Below, in pieces: positions 10,130 through 17,938 of a stretch of 64,000 nucleotides of DNA. Source of the stretch: Candidatus Nomurabacteria bacterium (GTDB taxonomy: Bacteria > Patescibacteriota > Minisyncoccia > Phycocordibacterales > UBA9973). The notes below the pieces were generated by a model. The model made no database searches, was not told where the DNA came from, and worked only from the letters and a program-made list of their open reading frames with translations. How positions within the stretch are numbered: position 1 is the first letter of the stretch; every line of letters begins with the position of its first letter. The stretch is from NCBI GenBank assembly GCA_029288725.1, contig JARIGS010000010.1, positions 23,947 through 87,946 of the forward strand, read 5' to 3'. Position numbers and translations under genes: made by a program.

Positions 10130-10966
10130 TTAGTTATAGCTCGTAATGATTCCGCTACTGTCATAATAAACACAGCTTTCACTATAGTCAGACCCTGTCC
10201 AACAGGCCTGATACTGATTGCCAGTTCCATAGTTTGAGGTATGTACTGAGCTTGGGCTGCCCCATGCGGCGCGAACCATGTCTATGTCCATGCCGACTGT
10301 AATTTTATGGCTTGCAATGGTTGCACAGACATCCTTGCTCCAGTCAGGGTGCTTTTTGCACACCTTTCCCGCAGGACTGTTATCGTAGGCTGCTTGTACG
10401 GCCTTGTCTTCGGCTGTTTTGATAGCTTCTGCCTGGGCTTGCTGCAGGTCTTCGGTTGCCATTTGAGCTTTCTCCTGATCGGTATAGAGGCGAGTGATCG
10501 TAATAGTCTTCGTGTCAGTTTTGTCATTGTTCGTTGCGGCCACCATCACGGTATTCGTTTCCTTTGTCAGGCCAACTGATGAAGAAAACTTTCCATGCGA
10601 GACAACGGTGACATTTCCGTTGACGGTCACTGTTGCGGTGTACGGCTCGACCGATCCTTCAATGGTGGCGGAAGCCGACTGTATTGAGGCGTTGTCTGCG
10701 GGGCTGGTTATGACAATCGTTGGCGCTCGTTTGGCATACAAGTTAAGACCGGTGAGCATGATGCAAAGTGCCACGAGAGCCGCAGTCCATTGGACTTTTC
10801 CTTTTTGATGCATCGTGACGCTCTTCCAAACATATATTATCGCTATGAGTGGAAATGAGACGTACCAGTATATGAATGCGATCGGTACTACGACCACAAG
10901 TATGAGCAGGATGCTTATTATCTTGTGCTTGTGATAAAAGTCTTTCAGTTCTTCGTTAATGGTCAT
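10130..10966 (-). CDS. membrane-anchored protein with Ig-like domain and small C-terminal BamE/SmpA-like domain
   Basis: N-terminal TM helices; PTIVITSPADN...GSVEP...NTVMVAAT Ig-like; ITVGMDIDMVRAAWGSP. Confidence 0.6.
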   Translation of the reverse strand: MTINEELKDFYHKHKIISILLILVVVVPIAFIYWYVSFPLIAIIYVWKSVTMHQKGKVQWTAALVALCIMLTGLNLYAKRAPTIVITSPADNASIQSASATIEGSVEPYTATVTVNGNVTVVSHGKFSSSVGLTKETNTVMVAATNNDKTDTKTITITRLYTDQEKAQMATEDLQQAQAEAIKTAEDKAVQAAYDNSPAGKVCKKHPDWSKDVCATIASHKITVGMDIDMVRAAWGSPSSVHTSNYGTGNQYQACWTGSDYSESCVYYDSSGIITSYN

Positions 10967-10969
10967 ATT

Positions 10970-11160
10970 TTCTCTAGCGGGATTTAAATATGAGAGAAGC
11001 CCAGATATAACAAAAGGCTCCTCGCCATTGCGATGACCTTTCGGCCACCCATACCCGTTTCCAGATACGACCCGCTAGAGTGACTCTGACGAGGAGTCCT
11101 TTGTTCTCTAGCGGGAGTTTCGACCATATCCTTTGTTTCCAAGGGGGTTAGGCCTCTATT
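10970..11160 (-). ncRNA. structured leader RNA with C4/CI-antisense-like architecture
   Basis: 19-bp closing stem 11105-11087/11027-11009, two GAAA hairpins, internal 10-mer complementary to identical upstream and downstream copies; nearly all non-Watson-Crick pairs are G-U on the minus strand. Confidence 0.6.
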
Positions 11161-11231
11161 AAATTGTTACCTGACTATAATACAGTAAATACTGCATTAC
11201 TTCCACACCTTATCGCAGTTCAGTTGATTTG

Positions 11232-12236
11232 TTAAGGCTGGTTACCAACAGTCATCTGATTGAGGTATTTCCTCAAATCTTCTATCGTCTCAATCTGTTT
11301 TGTCTTATGCATGTAAGGCAGCTTTACCCATATGTTGATCGTGATGAATGCTCTCAGGAGAACTTGGTCATATTCTTCACCATCAAAGTATCCCTCGACA
11401 AGTTGCTTGGTTACTTCGTCCAATCCAACCTTTGAAGCAAGGATAATGCTTCTGGCTATGTCCATATATGGATGATGGAAACAAGCCCATGGGTCAAAGA
11501 CCGTAAGAGGCTCCGTAGCGAACACGTTACCAGTATGAAAGTCGTTGTGACAATACACTGTTTCTTTATTATTACCAATACGAGAAATGATCAATCTGCA
11601 TACTTCCTCTATTGATCCATGATCTCTATCATTTAAGAGCTGGTTCTCCTTCACATATGCAAACTGCTCCTTTGTGCGAGTGTCGCTCTCAAGCCACTCC
11701 GCAACCGTCTGGTACCCTGGCCCCTTCTTGTCATTCACTATATTGCTGCAGCCCTCCGTCTTGGTGGCGTGCATTTTTCTTAGCATCTTGCCCAAATCGT
11801 AATAGGCTCTCTTTTCCAAGAGTTCCTCGTTGCTGTATTTCTGAATCAAGGTCTGCGCTTCGATATATTCCATGAGTACATAGAAGTGGTCTCCTAACGT
11901 GCCCTCTTCAAAGACATGAGGTACTCTTACTCCACTGTCTTCCCATACCTTAAGGAACGACCCTTCTAGTCCCGAAGTGAGCAAGCTCAATGGCACCTTA
12001 AGAATATATTTTTGCTCCATTGTATCGAGAATGCAGACCAGTGATGAAACCCCTGCATGGAGAAAGGTAATGTCAACTTTCTTACTCAAAAACAAGAAAT
12101 GGTTACTTATAAAATCCTTAAGCACTGGAAGGAGTGCTGTTCGGCGTTCGTTGAAATTGGTGTCCGCTTCGTGCTCGGACAGCTTTGGCTCATTGAGGAA
12201 AGTGATCCTATTGGGATCTTGAAGATTGTCGTTCAT
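11232..12236 (-). CDS. aminoglycoside phosphotransferase / APH-choline kinase family protein
   Basis: YILKVP, LMEYIE, CHNDFHTGNV, VFDP; start uncertain (ATG 12236 or TTG 12254). Confidence 0.8.
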   Translation of the reverse strand: MNDNLQDPNRITFLNEPKLSEHEADTNFNERRTALLPVLKDFISNHFLFLSKKVDITFLHAGVSSLVCILDTMEQKYILKVPLSLLTSGLEGSFLKVWEDSGVRVPHVFEEGTLGDHFYVLMEYIEAQTLIQKYSNEELLEKRAYYDLGKMLRKMHATKTEGCSNIVNDKKGPGYQTVAEWLESDTRTKEQFAYVKENQLLNDRDHGSIEEVCRLIISRIGNNKETVYCHNDFHTGNVFATEPLTVFDPWACFHHPYMDIARSIILASKVGLDEVTKQLVEGYFDGEEYDQVLLRAFITINIWVKLPYMHKTKQIETIEDLRKYLNQMTVGNQP

Positions 12237-12351
12237 CCACCAATTATACTCCAAGTTCTATTTTGAGAGTATTGATACGATTGCGAGTATGCTATGAAAT
12301 ACTTATCCTGCATAGCTATGCATCACCAACCAGTCTGTCATTAATATAGGT

Positions 12352-13671
12352 ATGGAAACGACAGCTATCGGCAAGATTCCGAGCAACATATCCATTTCGG
12401 AGACGAGGGTCAGATACTGCCTGTATGCCCGAAAATCGACCGAGTCGGACGAGCAGCAGGCACTGTCCATAGACTCGCAGATCAAGGAGATGACGGATAT
12501 TGCGGAGCGACTAAAACTCAACGTGGTCATGGTGAAGCGAGAGTCACATTCCGCAAAGGAGTCTGGACAGCGACCAGTGTTCAAGGAATTGCTGGAAGAA
12601 ATCAGAGACGGAAAATGCGACGGTATTCTCACATGGGCACCAGACCGACTGAGCAGAAATGCTGGCGATCTTGGAACCGTTGTCGATCTCATGGATCAAA
12701 AGAGGCTGATTCACATTCAGACGTACGGACAGACATTTTCCAATTCACCAAATGAGAAATTTCTGCTGATGATATTATGTTCACAAGCGAAGCTTGAGAA
12801 TGACAATAAAAGCATCAACGTGAAGCGTGGGCTTCGGGCAAGAGTCGAGATGGGACTCTGGCCGTGCAGACCGCCGACTGGATATACAAAATACAAGCGT
12901 ATTGATCAGAAGTGCGAGTCAGTGATTGATCCAGTGCGAGCGCCAGTTATCAAGCAGATGTTTGAGAAAATTGCATATGACGGCTGGAGCGGAAGAAAGC
13001 TGTACCATTGGCTGAAGGACGACATCAAGTTCAGGACGGAAAACAACATGCCATTGAGTCTCGGCAATCTCTACAAGATTCTGGAGAACCATTTCTATTA
13101 CGGACGATTCGAGTTCCCGAAGCAGTCTGGCAACTGGTACAACGGCGCGCATGAGCCGATCATTACGAAAGACCTGTTTGACCTTGTTCAGGAAAGGATA
13201 AAGAGTCAGATACTTCAGCCACGGTCAGAGCAAAAGGAGTTTGCCTTCACCAAGATCATGACCTGCGGACTGTGCGGCTCTGGCATCACTGCAGACGAGA
13301 AGTTCAAGAAGCAGAAGAACGGCAACGTCCACCGCTATGTCTATTACAAGTGCACCCGTGTCAAGGATTCGCAGTGTCCCAGCGGATACATCAACGAAGA
13401 AGAACTCGTTACCCAGTTGCAGGATCTGATGGACGACGTTGAGATACAGACGGTGCCAATGCGGGAGAAGATAACGGCGGAGGTACACCGCTTCAAGAAG
13501 TTTGAGCAAATGCTACTGGGAACAAAGACGACAGTGTCGGTGAAGGATATCGATATCCGCAACTATGCCAAGTTCATTCTGCTTGAGGGAACAATGGACG
13601 AGAAGCGAGAGTTTCTAAGGTGTTTGAAGAGCGAGATCGTGTTGAATAACAAAAGGGTTTCATTAAAATAA
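12352..13671 (+). CDS. large serine recombinase with Zn-ribbon
   Basis: LYARKST, DRLSRN, CGLCG...YYKC...C. Confidence 0.95.
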   Translation: METTAIGKIPSNISISETRVRYCLYARKSTESDEQQALSIDSQIKEMTDIAERLKLNVVMVKRESHSAKESGQRPVFKELLEEIRDGKCDGILTWAPDRLSRNAGDLGTVVDLMDQKRLIHIQTYGQTFSNSPNEKFLLMILCSQAKLENDNKSINVKRGLRARVEMGLWPCRPPTGYTKYKRIDQKCESVIDPVRAPVIKQMFEKIAYDGWSGRKLYHWLKDDIKFRTENNMPLSLGNLYKILENHFYYGRFEFPKQSGNWYNGAHEPIITKDLFDLVQERIKSQILQPRSEQKEFAFTKIMTCGLCGSGITADEKFKKQKNGNVHRYVYYKCTRVKDSQCPSGYINEEELVTQLQDLMDDVEIQTVPMREKITAEVHRFKKFEQMLLGTKTTVSVKDIDIRNYAKFILLEGTMDEKREFLRCLKSEIVLNNKRVSLK

Positions 13672-13673
13672 TG

Positions 13674-13682
13674 TGGTATAAT
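13674..13682 (+). promoter_or_regulatory. extended -10 promoter for retron transcript
   Basis: TG-G-TATAAT just after the recombinase stop; predicted +1 near 13689. Confidence 0.65.
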
Positions 13683-13831
13683 AGAAGCCACTTGTAAATT
13701 GAAAAGCCACCCATTTTTTTATCTTTTTATAAAAAAGATTTCAAAGATAAAATGTCCCGATCATGACGGCACTGAGCTGGCTACCGCCTTAACAGTACAG
13801 TCGGAATCGTATCATTGATTTCTTTGTCCTT

Positions 13832-14010
13832 TGAGAGATTAGTCCTTAGAGAGGTAGGTAGTCCGCTATCAACAATGACAGTTTTACAAGTAGTTCGGGG
13901 TGGTTTTGTTATTGTCCACCCCACAGTTAGTGTATGGAATTATTCGTAATTGCATTACTGCTTATTTTCCTCACAATTCGTGAGTCGAATAAGTAAGGGC
14001 TAAGACCTCA
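13832..14010 (+). ncRNA. retron msr-msd ncRNA
   Basis: a1 TGAGAGATTAGTCCTTA (13832-13848) pairs with a2 TAAGGGCTAAGACCTCA (13994-14010); candidate branching G13849; msr hairpin GGGGTGG/CCACCCC; msd hairpin about 13960-13994. Confidence 0.75.
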
Positions 14011-14907
14011 GTGGATAATGAAAAATTATATTCCTCAAAGAAATACCTCCTAACGCTCCTTGGAATAAAGGAAAACTTTCTGTACCCCAATTTCTCACAA
14101 AAATACAAAGAAAAGAATATCCCCAAAAAGAATGGCGGCATTCGAAAAATTAAACCACCGCAATTTAACCTCAAGAAACTCCAAAAGGTTGTCCTTGAAA
14201 AAATACTCCGTATACATCCTCAGTTGCCATGCGTGTACGGTTTATCAAAGGATAGGAACATCACCAGTAATGCAAAACTTCACCGGAAAAATTTTGATAA
14301 CCAGTTAGTCGTTTTGGACATTGAAAACTTTTTTCCAAGCATAACAAAAAAGCAAATAGTTCAAGTATTTAAGAAAATCGGTTTCAATAAAGAAAATTCT
14401 TTGATACTTGCGAAAATTTGCACCGTTGATGATTGCTTACCCCAAGGCGCACCAACCAGTCCGTACCTCGCTTCTCTCGTTTGCATTAAACTGGATAAAG
14501 AAATATACCAATACTGTAAAAAACATAATTTTGAATACACAAGATATTTTGATGACATTAGTGTCTCAGGGAAAAACATACTGCCCAAACATATTAAAGA
14601 TATAGAAAACGCTATCCGTAAACACGGTTTTACCTGTAACGCAGAGAAGAAGAATTTTTATGACACAGGTAAGGATAAGATTATAAATGGTGTACTAATT
14701 ACTGAAAATGGGCTATCAGTAACAAGTTCTTACAAAAAGGAAATTGAAGATATTTATAATGCATTAATCAATAGTCGGACTATTGAAAACAAAAGGTCAT
14801 TTTCGGGCAAGTTTGGATTTTATTTACACATAAACAGGAAAGAAGCCGTTGCTTTTTTAGAAGGAATGAAAAAAGGAATAACCTCGCTAGCGTATAACCA
14901 TGATTGA
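14011..14907 (+). CDS. retron-type reverse transcriptase
   Basis: IPKKNGGIRKI, NAKLH (retron NAxxH), LDIENFFPSI, LPQGAPTSP, YTRYFDD, ING at VTG position; 298 aa, no maturase or endonuclease domain. Confidence 0.9.
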   Translation: MDNEKLYSSKKYLLTLLGIKENFLYPNFSQKYKEKNIPKKNGGIRKIKPPQFNLKKLQKVVLEKILRIHPQLPCVYGLSKDRNITSNAKLHRKNFDNQLVVLDIENFFPSITKKQIVQVFKKIGFNKENSLILAKICTVDDCLPQGAPTSPYLASLVCIKLDKEIYQYCKKHNFEYTRYFDDISVSGKNILPKHIKDIENAIRKHGFTCNAEKKNFYDTGKDKIINGVLITENGLSVTSSYKKEIEDIYNALINSRTIENKRSFSGKFGFYLHINRKEAVAFLEGMKKGITSLAYNHD

Positions 14908-15568
14908 AATAGATAGCAAGATTTTCAAAACCAAAAAGGATACCGAGGATTTTATTCGTACGATACTTTACAAGTACCCCCTAAATGAGCCACTGATCGG
15001 AGAAGACTTGGCTTTTGTCTCTAGCCTGCTTGAACTTCACCCCGACAAGGACACGAAAATAGGAGCTGGAGTCAGCTCAATCATCACTGAAGCCGACAGC
15101 GAGTTCAATAAAACCAGACATTTTTCTATTGTTAGAGTGGACGGTACGATCGTCGATTTTAGTTTTAAAAAATGTTTGTCACCAGTACCGAATGAACCTA
15201 TCAAATTGTTCCGATCTTGTGCAAGGCGTGCAGTTGCAGATCAAGCTCTGTCTTTCAGGGACAAGTTTTTTCTTGAGAATCAGAATTCCGATGGAAATGT
15301 CGCATGTGCGCTTACTGGTGTTTTGATTAATAAAAATAATTCACACATTGATCATATCGCCCCAGCTACGTTCGACAAGATTGTTTTGGATTTTATTGCT
15401 ATAAACAACATTGATGTAAGTAAGGTCAAATTTATTGAATCGCTAAACGGGATAGGTAGAGTATTTGCTGATAACAATTTAAAAGATACCTTTTCTACAT
15501 ATCACAAAAATGTTGCCATGCTACAGGTCGTATCGCCTGTGGCCAATTTAAAGCAGAAAAAGAAGTAA
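14900..15568 (+). CDS. DUF3223 (DCL family) + HNH-like nuclease, copy 2; candidate retron effector
   Basis: About 75% identical to 2659..3360 by manual alignment; 8-nt overlap with RT end. Confidence 0.7.
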   Translation: MIEIDSKIFKTKKDTEDFIRTILYKYPLNEPLIGEDLAFVSSLLELHPDKDTKIGAGVSSIITEADSEFNKTRHFSIVRVDGTIVDFSFKKCLSPVPNEPIKLFRSCARRAVADQALSFRDKFFLENQNSDGNVACALTGVLINKNNSHIDHIAPATFDKIVLDFIAINNIDVSKVKFIESLNGIGRVFADNNLKDTFSTYHKNVAMLQVVSPVANLKQKKK

Positions 15569-15589
15569 AAAAATCTTCTCTTTTGCAAT

Positions 15590-16448
15590 TTATAATTTTC
15601 CCATTCTCTTCAAAACTTTTTCTGTAAGATCGTCTATATTTTCCTGATTACTAATATCAGGAGATAGTTTTTTTAAAATCACATCTAATTCCATGTATGA
15701 TTTTTGGTCACCAATTTTTGCATAAAAGTGCTTTAGTCCAATAATGATTGATTCTGTCAACATTTTGACATAAGGTAAGGAGCTAACTGCGGTATAGTGA
15801 TAACCTGCAATTCGTTCAAAATCAAAATCGTCATTAAAAACATCAAATGAATCAAGAAGGGCTCCATAAGAAACATGGGTATAGCTAGAGAGCATTCCGT
15901 AAATACCCGCCTTCACCTCATCAAACGGTATTTTTTCATTAGGCTTTTCTTGATTATCAGAATACTTTTGATATTGTTTTCTTGCTACTTCATTCCCAAC
16001 AATTTTACCCTCGAACCATTTGATTAAATCAGGATTTGTATCGTCACTGTCTAGGAAGTAAAATGCCAAGTCTAAAGCTTCTTGTGACGATCGAACAATT
16101 TCCATTACCTCATAATGAAATCCATCGGCTGCTAAATGGAAAATTGCCGATAGTCCTTGAGAAGCTTTGCCAAATAATATATAGGCGGCAGTAATTTTAT
16201 TTTGATCAATGGCATCCTTAATGTGAAGTCGGACCTGTCGAATGTATGGAAAAAACTCATTAAAACATTTTTTTTAAAACTTCCACCTTTTTAAGAATAA
16301 AAACCTTGTCTGCCTCCATCTGCTCATATGGAAAATTAGGATTTTGATTCAAAAAATCCTTAACTTTCTCTTGCTGATCCTTGTACTTCTTGATACGTTC
16401 TGCTATTGAAAGTTGCGCTTCTTTTTTAAGGGGGTTAATGTTATCCAT
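15590..16448 (-). pseudogene. frameshifted DUF5677/HEPN-like protein
   Basis: Removing one A from the A8 run (plus-strand T8, 16268-16275) joins the ORF from ATG 16448 in frame to 15590..16105 (about 285 aa); RSSQE and YGMLSSYTH motifs. Confidence 0.6.
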
Positions 16449-16515
16449 TGTTTTTAAACCACGAGTTCGATTCTCAAAAGGGTGCAAAATCCTGATTTTG
16501 AAAATACCCTTAAAA

Positions 16516-16547
16516 TGTATGCTTCTCGTGCTAGCACGAGATGGTGA
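16516..16547. repeat. att-like direct repeat, right copy
   Basis: TGTATGCTTCTCGTGCTAGCACGAGATGGTGA; last 6 nt are the tRNA 3' end. Confidence 0.8.
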
Positions 16548-16616
16548 CCCTACGGGGAATCGAACCCCGATTTAAGCCTTGAGAAGGCTCCGTCCTAACC
16601 GTTAGACGATAGGGCC
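16542..16616 (-). tRNA. tRNA-Glu(CTC)
   Basis: GGCCCTA...GAGCC-TTCTCAA-GGCTT...GGTTCGATTCC...TAGGGTC-ACCA cloverleaf. Confidence 0.95.
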
Positions 16617-16659
16617 AAGTGCTGCATAACTATAATGAACGATGGTGTATAATGCAAGC

Positions 16660-17157
16660 ATGAAAAAAAGATATTTTTTGCTTATCTTTGTGGTGCTGTT
16701 TGCGGCATCGATGTATGGATTGGTGGCGACGGTGGAGAATAGTACACCGACGGTTAATACTCCTGCTGCAGGATTGTCGTCTGAGCAAGTGCCGCCAGTG
16801 CAGAAGGATGATCTGATCATGGTGACTGCGCCGCTGACCGGGCAGACCGTGACCTCGCCGTTGATGATCAGTGGCAAGGCAAGAGGGAATTGGTATTCCG
16901 AAGGCGTCTTTCCGGTCGAGCTGACGACTGATGACGGTTCGATCATTGCATCGGGTGAAGCTCATGCCGAAGGCGAATGGACGACGACCGACTACGTGCC
17001 ATTTACTGCTACGCTGACATTTCCGACCAGCAATCCTTCGCTTCGCTCAGGAGCTACGGCAGAAACATCCACTATGGGATACGTCGTATTGAAAAAGGAC
17101 AACCCTTCCGGTGATCCGCAGTTTGACAACTCCGTATCAATCCAAGTACAGTGGTAG
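16660..17157 (+). CDS. Gmad2-like immunoglobulin-domain exported protein
   Basis: Signal/TM; SPLMISGKARGNWYSEGVFPV, KDNPSG. Confidence 0.75.
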   Translation: MKKRYFLLIFVVLFAASMYGLVATVENSTPTVNTPAAGLSSEQVPPVQKDDLIMVTAPLTGQTVTSPLMISGKARGNWYSEGVFPVELTTDDGSIIASGEAHAEGEWTTTDYVPFTATLTFPTSNPSLRSGATAETSTMGYVVLKKDNPSGDPQFDNSVSIQVQW

Positions 17158-17158
17158 T

Positions 17159-17938
17159 ATGCAAGGTACACCAGTTTCCAAAAAAATATTGCTCGGGCTA
17201 TTGCTTGTCGTACTGGCAATCATCGGCGCATTGTTCTATGCACATCGCGCTTCCAATGTTGTCGTGGCACCGGTCAATGAAAACACTCCCATGCCTGCGG
17301 CCGGCGACTGGCCTTCTACGAAAGTCAGTGAGGCAAACATTACTGACAACAAAAGTTACTACACTATTTCTGCCGTCTATCCTGTAACCAGGGATGCCGT
17401 CATTACCGGCTACTTCAAGACCTTTGTCGAGCAGGCCATTGCACAGTTTAAGGATGACACCTCATGGGCGGCAACTGATGCAAGTACTGCACCAGCAGAA
17501 GCGGCCGCACTAACGCTCAACATTACTTATACCGAACAGAAGGGTACCTATGCCGACAACTATATCTTTTCAACTACAACCTATACTGGCGGTGCTCACG
17601 GCCTTGCATCAACCAAGACCTTTTCATTCTCCTCAACTGGTCAGCTGGTCTCGCTTAGCTCACTGTTTACCAATGGCTTGAACGGCCTCAAGACTGTTGC
17701 ACCATATGTGAAGTCACAATTGGCAAGCACGCTGCCCGCCGGTGATCAGTCATTTATCGATAGTGGCACCGAGGCAACACAGGACAACTATCAAAGCTTC
17801 GTCGTGTCAGACGATGGCGTACTCTTTATGTTTGACCCATATCAGGTCGCACCGTACTCAGACGGTCAGCAAAGCGTCAAAGTACCACTAACAGTATTCC
17901 GCAGCATCGCCAGCCCCGATATCTTTCCTACTCGGTAG
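17159..17938 (+). CDS. DUF3298/RsiV-family exported protein
   Basis: YTGGAHG, FDPYQVAPYSDG. Confidence 0.75.
   Translation: MQGTPVSKKILLGLLLVVLAIIGALFYAHRASNVVVAPVNENTPMPAAGDWPSTKVSEANITDNKSYYTISAVYPVTRDAVITGYFKTFVEQAIAQFKDDTSWAATDASTAPAEAAALTLNITYTEQKGTYADNYIFSTTTYTGGAHGLASTKTFSFSSTGQLVSLSSLFTNGLNGLKTVAPYVKSQLASTLPAGDQSFIDSGTEATQDNYQSFVVSDDGVLFMFDPYQVAPYSDGQQSVKVPLTVFRSIASPDIFPTR

Larger units (their letters stand above)
3369..16547. mobile_element. Integrative element at tRNA-Glu (serine recombinase, terminase module, retron cargo)
   Basis: Flanking 32-bp direct repeats, right copy overlapping tRNA 3' end; large serine recombinase; phage-like packaging genes; defence-like cargo. Confidence 0.75.

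Noticed and set aside
11232-12236. Bona fide aminoglycoside resistance gene
   Set aside because: Only the general APH/choline kinase fold motifs are visible; substrate cannot be assigned.
13699-13818. 39-codon TTG-start ORF in the retron leader
   Set aside because: Weak start and no recognisable motif; the region is better explained as structured RNA. Not excluded without ribosome profiling.
14011-14907. RT as group II intron, DGR or CRISPR-associated RT
   Set aside because: Short, has retron NAxxH and a1/a2 repeats; no maturase domain, no TR/VR pair, no avd or cas genes seen.
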